Positions 35,660 to 45,426 of a stretch of DNA of 64,000 bases are shown in pieces; position 1 is the first letter of the stretch, and each line of letters begins with the position of its first letter. Source of the DNA: an uncultured Micrococcales bacterium (GTDB taxonomy: Bacteria; Actinomycetota; Actinomycetes; Actinomycetales; Microbacteriaceae); the NCBI GenBank assembly GCA_903880095.1, contig CAIRNX010000038.1:5399-69398 (forward strand). The letters are read 5' to 3'. The position numbers were made by a program, and so were the translations under genes. Under the pieces are notes generated by a model. That model saw nothing but the letters and a program-made list of their open reading frames with translations, made no database searches and was not told the origin of the DNA.

Positions 35660-36964
35660 TTAGTTGCTGGCCTTAATTGCCGCTGCGATAGCGGTGTGAA
35701 TCTTTTCAAAGTTCGGAACATCCGGCTCGAACCCGTAATTCGGCACAAGTTCGAGAGACTTGATACTTTTGCCCTTGCCACTCAGGGCAAGATCTGCGTA
35801 CGTCGCTGCCATACCATCTGGGATGTCGGTGTCTATGAGAGTTTTGGCTGCCTGAGCTAGTGAATCGAAATGGCTGAGCACATAGCTCGGGGTCAGCTTC
35901 TTTATTATGAGCTGCTCGACCTGATGCTGTCGTGCCATACGCGAGTAGTCACTTGTGCCGTGTCGGCTTCGCGCATACCAAAGTGCGAGTCGACCATCGA
36001 GGGTTTGAACGCCTGGTTCAATCCAGCCCGAGGCGTCTGAGCCGTCATCGAGTTGTCCGCCAATTGGCAAACGCTGCTTGACGTCGATGGTGAGGCCTCC
36101 GAGGCTATCGATAAGCATCTTGAACCCGGTCATGTTTATCATCACGAAAGATTGAATCTTTAGACCGGTGACGCCTTCGGCCAAGTCACGCACGGCTTCG
36201 ATTCCTGGAGTTGAACCGTTTTTCACTGCATCTGGGTAGGCGCTCGAGTGGTTGTCGGTGACATTCTTATACACCGAGTTCATCAAGTCATCCCAGCTCT
36301 GGCCGTAAAACTTGCGAAGCGGGGAGTCTGCGGGAATCGGCGCGTGCTGAAGATTGCGGGGAATACCGATATTGACCATCGCGCCGGTATTTGCGTTGAA
36401 GCTTAAAACCGACATCGAGTCTGTTCTAACACCGAAGCGATCCTTACCCGCGTCGGAGCCCAGGAGCAAAATGTTGTAGCGGCCATCTGACGGACTACTG
36501 AAACCCTTTTGCCTGAAGATTGACTCCACCGTGTTGTCTGCGGTCTTTAGCGTGTTTGCACCTGTGACAAAAACGCTCGCCCCCAAAAAAGAAAAGACCA
36601 GAAACAACGAAATCATGACGTAGCGGCCAACCGGGTAAAGCCGTCCCAGCAGACTTAGCCTGAATGCGTCGAGTAGAAGAATTGCGAAACCGAAACCGTA
36701 GACATACAAAATGATTGCAACGATTCCGCCCATTGCTGGAGTGGCAAAGATGGTCAGCACCCACGACCGTTTGACGAAGAATAGGATCGCCAAAACCGCG
36801 ATCGACGCCCAGCCAACGATGGTTGCGCGAATACCTACTTTTCCGAGCAAACGGTTGCCCGCCAAAAGTTGCGGGCTGCCGGGCAGCAGCAACCCCAGAA
36901 TGAGCAGGAACATCGCACGCTTACGCATCTGCTGAGGTGTTGCAGTGTCGAAGCGACGAAACAT
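35660..36964 (-). CDS. LCP (LytR-CpsA-Psr) family glycopolymer-to-peptidoglycan phosphotransferase
   Basis: Multi-TM N-terminus followed by NILLLGSDAG...RTDSMSVLSFN and RHGTSDYSRMARQ. Confidence 0.88.
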   Translation of the reverse strand: MFRRFDTATPQQMRKRAMFLLILGLLLPGSPQLLAGNRLLGKVGIRATIVGWASIAVLAILFFVKRSWVLTIFATPAMGGIVAIILYVYGFGFAILLLDAFRLSLLGRLYPVGRYVMISLFLVFSFLGASVFVTGANTLKTADNTVESIFRQKGFSSPSDGRYNILLLGSDAGKDRFGVRTDSMSVLSFNANTGAMVNIGIPRNLQHAPIPADSPLRKFYGQSWDDLMNSVYKNVTDNHSSAYPDAVKNGSTPGIEAVRDLAEGVTGLKIQSFVMINMTGFKMLIDSLGGLTIDVKQRLPIGGQLDDGSDASGWIEPGVQTLDGRLALWYARSRHGTSDYSRMARQHQVEQLIIKKLTPSYVLSHFDSLAQAAKTLIDTDIPDGMAATYADLALSGKGKSIKSLELVPNYGFEPDVPNFEKIHTAIAAAIKASN

Positions 36965-36972
36965 GGAGTTGC

Positions 36973-37467
36973 TTAGATCTGAGATTTCAGTTTCTCGTTC
37001 TTCTCGGCGACTGCGTCTTTGAGTGACTCACCGAATGCGGCAAGCTTTTTGGCCATCGACTCATCGCTGGTGCCAATTATTCTTGCGGCGAGGATCGCTG
37101 CATTGCGCGCGCCGCCAATAGAGACTGTTGCGACCGGGATTCCCGCCGGCATTTGCACGATAGAAAGAAGCGAGTCCATGCCATCGAGCTTCGCGAGAGA
37201 GACAGGCACTCCAACTACAGGCAGAGTCGTGACGCTTGCGAGCATGCCTGGCAGGTGAGCCGCGCCTCCAGCGCCGGCGATGATCACCTTGATGCCGCGA
37301 CCGGCGGCAGCCTTGCCCCACTCGATCATGCGCTCAGGGGTGCGGTGCGCGCTGAGAACTTCGACCTCGTATTCGATGCCGAACTCTTTTAGTGTCTGAG
37401 CAGCATCTGACATGACGCTCCAGTCAGAGTCCGAACCCATTACTACGCCGACGATTGGCTGAACCAA
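36973..37467 (-). CDS. purE: 5-(carboxyamino)imidazole ribonucleotide mutase
   Basis: [10 protein letters not shown] and [10 protein letters not shown]. Confidence 0.95.
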   Translation of the reverse strand: MVQPIVGVVMGSDSDWSVMSDAAQTLKEFGIEYEVEVLSAHRTPERMIEWGKAAAGRGIKVIIAGAGGAAHLPGMLASVTTLPVVGVPVSLAKLDGMDSLLSIVQMPAGIPVATVSIGGARNAAILAARIIGTSDESMAKKLAAFGESLKDAVAEKNEKLKSQI

Positions 37468-37499
37468 AGCGGTCTCCTGTCGTTATCTAGACAATATTG

Positions 37500-38615
37500 C
37501 TATCCGTGAAGCAAAACAGCGGCAGCGGCGCGCGCCTCGGCCAAAGCCCATCCCGCTTCGCTTGCAACGACGGTAACGTGCCCCATCTTGCGACCCTTGC
37601 GAGCAGCCTTGCCATAAGTGTGAAACTTCGCGTGCGGGTGAAGCTGCATCGCATGCGCGTAGTGGACAACAAAGTCGTTTGAGTCATCGACACCGAGAAG
37701 GTTGATCATCACGGCGCTCTCACCCGTCATGTCAGTCGAGCCGAGAGGCAACCCAGCAACCGCTCTGAGGTGTTGCTCAAACTGACTGGTAACCGAGCCC
37801 TCGATTGAGAAGTGCCCCGAGTTATGAGGACGCATTGCCAACTCATTGATGACAAGGCGGCCGTCTGTGGTCTCAAACATTTCGACCGCAAGAACACCCG
37901 TGACGTCGAGCCCCTCGGCAACCCCGCGAGCGATTTCAACGGCGTATGCGAGAGTTGCATCGTTTGCATCAGGCGCTGGAGCCAAAACCTCGGCGCAAAC
38001 ACCGTCAAGCTGAACGGTTTGAACCAGCGGCCATGCGCGGTGTTCGCCAGTCGAACTGCGAGCGCTGAGCTGGGCAAGTTCACGGGTGAACGAAACCTTT
38101 TCTTCTGCAAGCAGAGGGGCAAAGACAAACCAGTCTTCGGCTTCGGCCACGTTTCGAATCACTCGAACGCCTTTGCCGTCGTAACCACCGATTGGGGTCT
38201 TCAAAATAATTTCGCCGCCGTGTGCGTCCAAAAATTCTTGTAATTCTTCACGCGTGTTGATTTCGGCCCAGTCAGGCATCGGCAGGTTCAGGGCGCCGAG
38301 TCGACGGCGCATTTCGAGCTTGTTCTGCGCGAAACGCAAAGCATTGGGTGAAGGGTGAACAGCAAAACCTTCGGCGACCAAGGTTTCGAGAATCACCAAC
38401 GGAACATGCTCGTGATCAAACGTGATGACATCTACCGTCTTGGCAAACTCACGAACCACATCGAGCTTGTTGTAATCGCCGACCTGGGTTGCTGCGATCG
38501 CTGCCGAAGACCCTTCGGTTTCGGCGAGCACCTTGAGTTCGAGCCCAAGGGCAACCGCTGGTGGAACCATCATGCGAGCGAGCTGACCGCCACCAATCAC
38601 ACCAATTTTCACCAT
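37500..38615 (-). CDS. purK: 5-(carboxyamino)imidazole ribonucleotide synthase
   Basis: VIGGGQLARMM and an ATP-grasp core. ATG 38615 gives MVKIGVIGGGQL. Confidence 0.93.
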   Translation of the reverse strand: MVKIGVIGGGQLARMMVPPAVALGLELKVLAETEGSSAAIAATQVGDYNKLDVVREFAKTVDVITFDHEHVPLVILETLVAEGFAVHPSPNALRFAQNKLEMRRRLGALNLPMPDWAEINTREELQEFLDAHGGEIILKTPIGGYDGKGVRVIRNVAEAEDWFVFAPLLAEEKVSFTRELAQLSARSSTGEHRAWPLVQTVQLDGVCAEVLAPAPDANDATLAYAVEIARGVAEGLDVTGVLAVEMFETTDGRLVINELAMRPHNSGHFSIEGSVTSQFEQHLRAVAGLPLGSTDMTGESAVMINLLGVDDSNDFVVHYAHAMQLHPHAKFHTYGKAARKGRKMGHVTVVASEAGWALAEARAAAAVLLHG

Positions 38616-38619
38616 AAGA

Positions 38620-39024
38620 CTATTTTGCCAGAGCAATCAGGTTGGCAGCGATCGCCTTCGGCTTTGGGTAGCCTTTCAGCACCACCGGTTTCTCAACCTT
38701 CACGTTGATAACCACTCCCTTTGAGACGCTGCCGGCGATGTCTTCAATGTCGACAAAAAGCACAACCCTCTTGACACCGAAAATTCCTTTTCGGGCCACG
38801 AGTTGGCCTTCATAAACATCTAGCCACGTGCCGAGATAGGCGAGTGACGGTAGTAGCCAAAGAAAGAATATAGCCACACCAAGCCCGAAGTAGAGGGTGG
38901 TGGCAAAGTTTGGGTCGAGCTCTTTGCCGACGAAGAACCCATAGCCAGCACTGCAGGCTGCGAGAACGAGCGTTGGCCACCAGAGGCGGGCCAAGCGTGG
39001 GCGAAGTCGTTCGATTTTGCGCAT
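38620..39024 (-). CDS. membrane protein with bacterial PH-like domain
   Basis: Two N-terminal TM helices, then a short beta-rich domain. The location between birA and purK is conserved (Rv3278c-like, from memory). Confidence 0.55.
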   Translation of the reverse strand: MRKIERLRPRLARLWWPTLVLAACSAGYGFFVGKELDPNFATTLYFGLGVAIFFLWLLPSLAYLGTWLDVYEGQLVARKGIFGVKRVVLFVDIEDIAGSVSKGVVINVKVEKPVVLKGYPKPKAIAANLIALAK

Positions 39025-39027
39025 TAG

Positions 39028-39753
39028 TTAATTGTGGCGCAGGTGCACAATGTCGCCGGCACCAACCGCGTAGAGCGTGTTTTCTCCAGGCACGTTGATG
39101 AGCAGCCGACCCGAAGCATCGATGTCTATCGCTTTACCGACCACCTCGTTATCACCAGGCATGATTGCGCGAACTTCTTGCCCGAGCGTCACACAAGCCT
39201 CACGCACCTCGTCACGAAGCGAGTGTTCGTCGAAGTTCTTATAAAGAGGAACGAACTCGGCGAGGTAGGCATTCAGGGCATCTGGTAGGTCGATAGCCAA
39301 ACCTTCGAGGGCAAGCGATGTTGCGTTGGCAATCGGCAATTCGGATTGCGACTGCCTAATGTTCAATCCGACACCGATAATCACGGTCGAGCCGTCGACC
39401 AGTTCGCTTAGAACGCCGCTGATTTTGCGTTCATTTACCAAGACATCGTTTGGCCATTTGAGGGCCGCCGGCGCTCCCAGAGCTCGCACTGCTCGCGTCA
39501 TGGCAAGCCCAGCCATCAGCGGCAACCAGGTGATTCCCTCAAACTTCGGACGAAGCAGAATCGAAACCGAGAGAGACGAGCCAACTGGCGAAGACCATTC
39601 ACGGCCAGCGCGCCCGCGGCCAGCGGTTTGCGAACCGGCAACCAGAACCGTTAGATCCTCGCCACCCACACTTGCTAGGTCGGCGTTGGTCGAACCGGTT
39701 TCTTCGACGTAGCTAATCGAAGAGACGAGTGTTTCGCTCTGTGAAAGATCCAT
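39028..39753 (-). CDS. birA: biotin--[acetyl-CoA-carboxylase] ligase (no N-terminal HTH)
   Basis: GRGRAGREW and KWPNDV. ATG 39753 is chosen (241 aa), since the longer ORF would overlap the accD5 start region. Confidence 0.88.
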   Translation of the reverse strand: MDLSQSETLVSSISYVEETGSTNADLASVGGEDLTVLVAGSQTAGRGRAGREWSSPVGSSLSVSILLRPKFEGITWLPLMAGLAMTRAVRALGAPAALKWPNDVLVNERKISGVLSELVDGSTVIIGVGLNIRQSQSELPIANATSLALEGLAIDLPDALNAYLAEFVPLYKNFDEHSLRDEVREACVTLGQEVRAIMPGDNEVVGKAIDIDASGRLLINVPGENTLYAVGAGDIVHLRHN

Positions 39754-39799
39754 GCTGGCTAGTTTAGGTTTCGCGCCGCCCGCGAGTAGGGTGTTATTC

Positions 39800-41398
39800 A
39801 TGACTGACGCAAAACCAACGCCAGATTTGAGCACCACTGCAGGCAAGATCGCAGACCTCCAGCACCGTTACCACGAGGCCGTTTATGCCAGTGGCGAGGC
39901 AGCAATTGCAAAGCAGCATGCCAGAGGCAAGAAGACCGCTCGCGAGCGCATCGAGATGCTGCTCGACCCGGGTTCGTTCGTCGAACTTGACGAGTTCGTG
40001 CGTCACCGCTCAACATCATTCGGCATGGACAAAAACCGTCCATACGGCGATGCTGTCGTAACCGGAGTTGGCACCATCGGTGGTCGCCAAGTAGCCCTGT
40101 TCTCGCAAGACTTCACCATCTTCGGCGGCTCGCTCGGCGAGGCCGCTGGTAACAAGATCATAAAGGTCATGGACCTAGCCATCGCAACTGGCGTGCCGCT
40201 GATTGGAATCCTCGACTCTGGTGGCGCTCGTATTCAAGAAGGTGTAATCGCCCTCGGTAAGTATGGCGAAATCTTCAAGCGCAACACGATGGCATCTGGC
40301 GTGATCCCTCAGATTTCGATCATCATGGGCCCTGCCGCTGGTGGTGCCGTTTACTCCCCAGCTCTAACCGACTTCGTGATCATGGTCGACAAAACGTCAA
40401 ACATGTTCGTAACCGGCCCAGACGTCATCAAGACGGTCACCGGCGAAGACGTCGGCATGGAGGAGCTCGGTGGCGCCCTCGCGCACAACAAAACCTCTGG
40501 TGTGGCCCACTACTTGGCAAGCGACGAAGAAGACGCGCTCGACTACGCTCGCAACCTACTGAGCTACCTTCCTGGCAACAACCTCTCTGAGTCGGTTGCC
40601 TACGAAGCCCACGGTGAACTTGAGGTCACCGACGAAGACCGACTGCTCGACAAGATCATTCCAGACTCGCCAAACCAGCCATACGACATGCACGTGATCA
40701 TCGAATCGATCGTTGACGACGGCGAGTTCCTCGAGGTTCAGCCGCTCTTCGCGCCGAACATCCTGATCGGTTTCGCCCGCGTGGACGGCCGCAGCGTAGG
40801 AATCATCGCAAACCAGCCGTCACAAATGGCTGGCACCTTGAACATCGACGCCGGTGAAAAGGCGGCTCGATTCGTTCGATTCTGCGACGCCTTCTCGATT
40901 CCGATTCTCACGCTAGTCGACGTGCCTGGCTACCTGCCTGGTGCAGACCAGGAGTGGGCCGGCGTTATTCGCCGCGGCGCAAAGTTGCTCTACGCATACG
41001 CCGAGGCAACCGTGCCGCTGGTAACCGTGATTACCCGCAAGGCTTACGGAGGCGCATACATCGTGATGGGTTCAAAGCAGCTCGGTGGCGACATCAACCT
41101 CGCTTGGCCAACAGCCGAAATTGCCGTTATGGGTGGTCAGGGAGCAGTCAACATCTTGTTCCGCGACAAAATCAAGGAGGCCGAGGAGTCTGGCGCTGAC
41201 GTAGCCGCTGTGCGAGCCAAACTGGCCGCCGAATACACCTACAACGTTGCCTCGCCTTTCCTCGCCGCCGAGCGCGGTGAACTCGATGGCATCATCGAAC
41301 CTTCGGCTACCCGCATCTCGGTAATCAAGGCCCTTCGCGCACTTCGCACCAAGCGCGCCAGCTTGCCACCGAAGAAGCACGGAAACATTCCGCTGTAA
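39800..41398 (+). CDS. accD5: acyl-CoA carboxylase carboxyltransferase (beta) subunit
   Basis: [10 protein letters not shown], and carboxyltransferase N and C halves. 532 aa from ATG 39800. Confidence 0.93.
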   Translation: MTDAKPTPDLSTTAGKIADLQHRYHEAVYASGEAAIAKQHARGKKTARERIEMLLDPGSFVELDEFVRHRSTSFGMDKNRPYGDAVVTGVGTIGGRQVALFSQDFTIFGGSLGEAAGNKIIKVMDLAIATGVPLIGILDSGGARIQEGVIALGKYGEIFKRNTMASGVIPQISIIMGPAAGGAVYSPALTDFVIMVDKTSNMFVTGPDVIKTVTGEDVGMEELGGALAHNKTSGVAHYLASDEEDALDYARNLLSYLPGNNLSESVAYEAHGELEVTDEDRLLDKIIPDSPNQPYDMHVIIESIVDDGEFLEVQPLFAPNILIGFARVDGRSVGIIANQPSQMAGTLNIDAGEKAARFVRFCDAFSIPILTLVDVPGYLPGADQEWAGVIRRGAKLLYAYAEATVPLVTVITRKAYGGAYIVMGSKQLGGDINLAWPTAEIAVMGGQGAVNILFRDKIKEAEESGADVAAVRAKLAAEYTYNVASPFLAAERGELDGIIEPSATRISVIKALRALRTKRASLPPKKHGNIPL

Positions 41399-41631
41399 TG
41401 AGTGAGGAACTTCAACATCTACTTAGGGTCGAGGCCGGTTCGCCTAGTCCAGAAGAACTTGCGGCCGTGGTAGCCGTGCTGTCTGCTGCGGTTGCCGAAG
41501 CAAATGAGCAGGCGGCGAAGGCAGTAAGCCAGCCAAAATCAAGCTGGAACCGAAGCAGCAACATGCTGCGAGGCTCACTCACCCCAGGCTTCGGTCAATG
41601 GACCGCAAGCTCCCGCCCAGGATTGGATTAG
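41398..41631 (+). CDS. accE5: acyl-CoA carboxylase epsilon subunit
   Basis: 77 aa and Ala-rich (EELAAVVAVLSAAVAEA). The ATG overlaps the accD5 stop (TAATG). Confidence 0.7.
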   Translation: MSEELQHLLRVEAGSPSPEELAAVVAVLSAAVAEANEQAAKAVSQPKSSWNRSSNMLRGSLTPGFGQWTASSRPGLD

Positions 41632-41633
41632 CA

Positions 41634-43289
41634 ATGACGCGCACTCCCTCAGCAATCGATGAACTTTCAAACGCTTGGGTGGTCAAGCTCGCCGAGCTCA
41701 GCCCGTCGTTCTCGACCTACGTTGGCATTCCGGGTGGCGAAGACCGACTAGACGACAACTCGCCTGCCGCTGCCGAGAACTACTACCTTCTGCAGAAGGA
41801 ACTTCTGGCCAAGCTTCAGGGCATGCAGCCGGTAGACAAGATCGACGAGGTTTCAAAGGCCGCGCTTGCAGCCAACCTCGACTTGGGTATCAGACTTCAC
41901 GAGTCGGGCCTATGGAAGCGTGACGTTTCGGTCATCGCGTCACCTGCACAGAACATTCGCGACATCTTCGACCTCACCCCGGTTGCAACCGTTACCGACT
42001 GGGAAAACGTTGCCAAGCGTATGCGCGCTGTCGAAGGTGCTGTTGATGGCTACATCGAGACTCTTCGCCTCGGCATGGCCGAAAACAACACTCCGGCCAT
42101 TCGCCAGGTTAACTGGGTTGTCAATGACCTAAACAACATCACCGGAGCAAACGGCTTTTTTGCGAAGTTCGCCAAGGCGGAGGGCAAAGACCTTCCGGAT
42201 AGCCTCCGCTCAGAGCTTCACGCAGCGAGCGAAGTTGCCACCGCCGCCTACGCAAAGCTTCAAAACTTCATGCGCGACGAACTCGCTCCAGTGGCAACCG
42301 AGGGCGACGCAATTGGCCGCGAGCGCTACGCGCTTTTGAGCGAACAGTTCGTTGGCAAGGCGATGGACCTCGAAGAAACCCTTCAGTGGGGCATCGAGGA
42401 GCTCGCCCGCGTGAAGGCCGAGCAAGAGGCTGTCGCCAACGAGATTCTGCCTGGCGCCAGCGTCCTTGAGGCGATCGCGCATCTAGACAACGACCCTAGC
42501 CGCAAGCTGCACAGCACCGACGAACTACAAAAGTGGATGCAGCGCTTGAGCGACGAAGCAATCGAGAAGCTTGGCGCAACCCACTTCGACATTCCAGACA
42601 AGCTGCGCACTCTCGAGTGCATGATCGCTCCGACCAACTCGGGCGTCATCTACTACACCGGCCCAACCGACGACTTCAGTCGCCCAGGACGCATGTGGTG
42701 GTCTGTTCCGGCAGGCGTCACCGAATTCGACACCTGGCGTGAAACCACCACGGTTTACCACGAGGGTGTGCCTGGTCACCACCTTCAAATCGCGACCCAG
42801 GTTTACAACCGCGAAGAACTCAACAACTGGCGCCGCATGGCCAACTGGTGCTCGGGGCACGGTGAAGGCTGGGCGCTTTACGCTGAGCGCTTGATGCAAG
42901 ACCTCGGCTTCTTGAACGACCCAGGCGACCGCCTCGGCATGCTTGACGGCCAGCGCATGCGTGCCGCTCGCGTGGTTCTAGACATCTCGGTGCACCTCGA
43001 CAAGCCACGCCTTGACGGCACCGGCAAGTGGGACTTCGACTACGCGATCGAGTTCTTTAGCCGGAACTGCAACATGTCACCAGAGTTCATCAACTTTGAG
43101 GTTCACCGTTACTTCGGTTGGCCAGGTCAGGCACCAAGCTACAAGATTGGTCAGCGCGTCTGGGAGCAGATTCGTGACGAAGCCAAGGCTAAGGCTGGAG
43201 CCGACTGGGACATCAAGAAGTTCCACCGTGACGCATTGAACCTGGGCGCACTTCGCCTAGACATTCTGCGTGACGCAGTTATCGGCTAA
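41634..43289 (+). CDS. DUF885-family protein (zincin-like)
   Basis: YHEGVPGHHLQ motif. 551 aa from ATG 41634. Confidence 0.85.
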   Translation: MTRTPSAIDELSNAWVVKLAELSPSFSTYVGIPGGEDRLDDNSPAAAENYYLLQKELLAKLQGMQPVDKIDEVSKAALAANLDLGIRLHESGLWKRDVSVIASPAQNIRDIFDLTPVATVTDWENVAKRMRAVEGAVDGYIETLRLGMAENNTPAIRQVNWVVNDLNNITGANGFFAKFAKAEGKDLPDSLRSELHAASEVATAAYAKLQNFMRDELAPVATEGDAIGRERYALLSEQFVGKAMDLEETLQWGIEELARVKAEQEAVANEILPGASVLEAIAHLDNDPSRKLHSTDELQKWMQRLSDEAIEKLGATHFDIPDKLRTLECMIAPTNSGVIYYTGPTDDFSRPGRMWWSVPAGVTEFDTWRETTTVYHEGVPGHHLQIATQVYNREELNNWRRMANWCSGHGEGWALYAERLMQDLGFLNDPGDRLGMLDGQRMRAARVVLDISVHLDKPRLDGTGKWDFDYAIEFFSRNCNMSPEFINFEVHRYFGWPGQAPSYKIGQRVWEQIRDEAKAKAGADWDIKKFHRDALNLGALRLDILRDAVIG

Positions 43290-44227
43290 TACTTCCAGTC
43301 GACGTTTGCAACCTTCGAGCCACGCTCGAAGGCGATGATGCTCACGCGCCAGCGATTACCGGTTGTGGCCCGAACGGTAACCTTGCCGGTCATTTGGTCG
43401 TTGACCACGTCTTCGACCTTTTGGCGTATTTCTTCGAGCTCGGCGTTTGGCAGTGTGTTAAGAATTCCTTGATCCATTAGATACACATCGACACCCCTAA
43501 GGCGAGCAAGTCTTGCGGATTGGCTAATGGCAGGCGTGATTAGAGCACCACCCATGACGTCGTCACTCAATCGGTGCTCTAGCAGCAAAGCCTCACGCCG
43601 ATCATCCTCAGATAATTTGCCTTTTTGAGCAACCGCCCTGCGCAGAATCGTTTGCACATCAGCAACAGATCTCGCGAAAGCCTTGGCTTGCGTGGTTCGA
43701 AGAACCTCGGCTCGTTTCGCCTCGATACTTGCCGCTGCTGCCTCGTGGTTGGCTTGCTCGATTGCCAGCTCAGAAACCTTGAGGCCGAGCCTTGCGGCGT
43801 GACCGATAACAACCAAAATCACTAGCCCCAACCAGCCGCTGTTGAGTAGGTTCTTTGGTGACTCCCAGAGCATGATCTCGGACGTTGCAATGATCAGACC
43901 ACCCCAGGCAAAGTAGAGCTGACCGCGCAACGCCGTGGCGCCGAGCAATACACCCAGAGCGCCGATGTACCAAGTCGCGTAGGTGCCGAAATCAGCTGCC
44001 GTGATTTGCGCCTCAATCATGCGAGGCAGAACAGCCGCAGCCAAGAGGTTTAGTAACCCCTGCCAATTCGGGATTTCTAGCTCCTTGTGCAAAAGGATTG
44101 TTCCCGACAACACCACGAGGTATACAAACACCGCCAACAAACCAACGGCAGGGATTCGGTAGGTATGGCTCCAGTAGAGCCCAAGGGCGGCATGCATTAA
44201 GCCCAGAAGAAAGGCCGTGGTTGCCAT
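43286..44227 (-). CDS. polytopic membrane protein with coiled-coil and C-terminal soluble domain, function unknown
   Basis: About 5 TM helices, then an Ala/Glu-rich helix (ELAIEQANHEAAAASIEAKRAEV) and a ~100-aa C-domain. The start is ATG 44227 or GTG 44266. It is the last gene of the 46622-43286 operon. Confidence 0.55.
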   Translation of the reverse strand: MATTAFLLGLMHAALGLYWSHTYRIPAVGLLAVFVYLVVLSGTILLHKELEIPNWQGLLNLLAAAVLPRMIEAQITAADFGTYATWYIGALGVLLGATALRGQLYFAWGGLIIATSEIMLWESPKNLLNSGWLGLVILVVIGHAARLGLKVSELAIEQANHEAAAASIEAKRAEVLRTTQAKAFARSVADVQTILRRAVAQKGKLSEDDRREALLLEHRLSDDVMGGALITPAISQSARLARLRGVDVYLMDQGILNTLPNAELEEIRQKVEDVVNDQMTGKVTVRATTGNRWRVSIIAFERGSKVANVDWKY

Positions 44228-44247
44228 CGGCCAGCGAGGAACGCGGA

Positions 44248-45426
44248 TCACTTTTGCGCCTCCCACTCGAGAATAATTTGAGTACCATGTGACGGGCTCG
44301 AATCGATGTGGACGACGCCACCGACGGATTCGACTCGTTTAATAATCACGAACCTAAAACCGAGCGACTGATCTGGAACCTTCGAAGGCCTAAACCCCAC
44401 GCCGTCATCGCTGATCACGAGCTTGACGCCGTGCCTGGTGCTTCTCAGATGAATCTTGCGCTCGGTTTTGATTCCCGCGTGTTGAAGAGAGTTATTCAAC
44501 GCCTGAACTGCCGCGTCTGAGAGCGCATTGGCGACCTCCTTTGGAACAAAGGTGAGGCTGGAGCCGCGAATGCTCAACTGGCACTTTGGGTCGAGCTTTG
44601 CCACGATTCGCTCGAGCGTCTGAAACAGCGACATCGTCGAAACCTCTTCTGGCTGCGGACGTTTTGCCGCTTCGATTCGATCGAGACTGTCTTTGCTCGC
44701 CTGGCGAGCGCTCTCGTATTCTGATGCGTTTTTTGCCTTGGCTGCCGACTTTAGGGCGTCAAAGACGCTCGTGTAAACAATCGAATCGATGCGCGTCTGC
44801 TCTTTGTATTGCGTTTCTTTTGAGACCTCATCGATTTGAAGTGCCAAAGCATCATCCATGGCGTAATCGGCTCTAAGGGCCGCTCTGCGAAGCATCCAAA
44901 CGAGGGCAACTAACGCGCCCGGGAAGAGTGTCGAGTAGATTCCATCGGTCAGGGCACGGTCAAATTTTTCTGAACCACCCGCCACCGAGAGATGCAGAAG
45001 CGTCCAGCCAATTGGAACAAATGCCATGTAGGCGAGTGCCCAGATTCGCGGTACATACATACCGACAGCAATCGATGCCGGGCCAACCGCCGACCAAAGC
45101 CAAGGGTTCACGCCAGCATCTATTCGGTAGGCGGGGCCAACCTGCAAGCTCCAGGTGGCAAAGGCAAACAGATAGGCGAGCCCGTGCACCAAATACGGCC
45201 AGCGCTCGGCCTTGAGTAGCCAAAAGTTGATTACATTAAACAACTGCGCTGCAACCAGAAACCCCAGAGCCGCCCAGAACCACAAAGGCACGAAAGCTTC
45301 TCTTTGTTCAAGGGCGTGAATGACCATCTCGCCGCCGGTCAAGATTGTTCCGACGGTGAAAACTCGACCGGTGAGTCGGTCGATCCTCCTTAGTGCAAAG
45401 GTCGACCTTGGTGAGGCGTCGGTCAC
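44248..45426 (-). CDS. membrane GHKL ATPase related to HisKA_3-type sensor kinases but lacking the phospho-acceptor His
   Basis: About 6 TM helices. C-terminal boxes VQALNNSLQHAG, SDDGVGF, LGFRFVIIKRVESVGGVV and SHGTQI. The H-box-like helix EQTRIDSIVYTSVFDAL has Tyr where His is expected. Confidence 0.7.
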   Translation of the reverse strand: MTDASPRSTFALRRIDRLTGRVFTVGTILTGGEMVIHALEQREAFVPLWFWAALGFLVAAQLFNVINFWLLKAERWPYLVHGLAYLFAFATWSLQVGPAYRIDAGVNPWLWSAVGPASIAVGMYVPRIWALAYMAFVPIGWTLLHLSVAGGSEKFDRALTDGIYSTLFPGALVALVWMLRRAALRADYAMDDALALQIDEVSKETQYKEQTRIDSIVYTSVFDALKSAAKAKNASEYESARQASKDSLDRIEAAKRPQPEEVSTMSLFQTLERIVAKLDPKCQLSIRGSSLTFVPKEVANALSDAAVQALNNSLQHAGIKTERKIHLRSTRHGVKLVISDDGVGFRPSKVPDQSLGFRFVIIKRVESVGGVVHIDSSPSHGTQIILEWEAQK

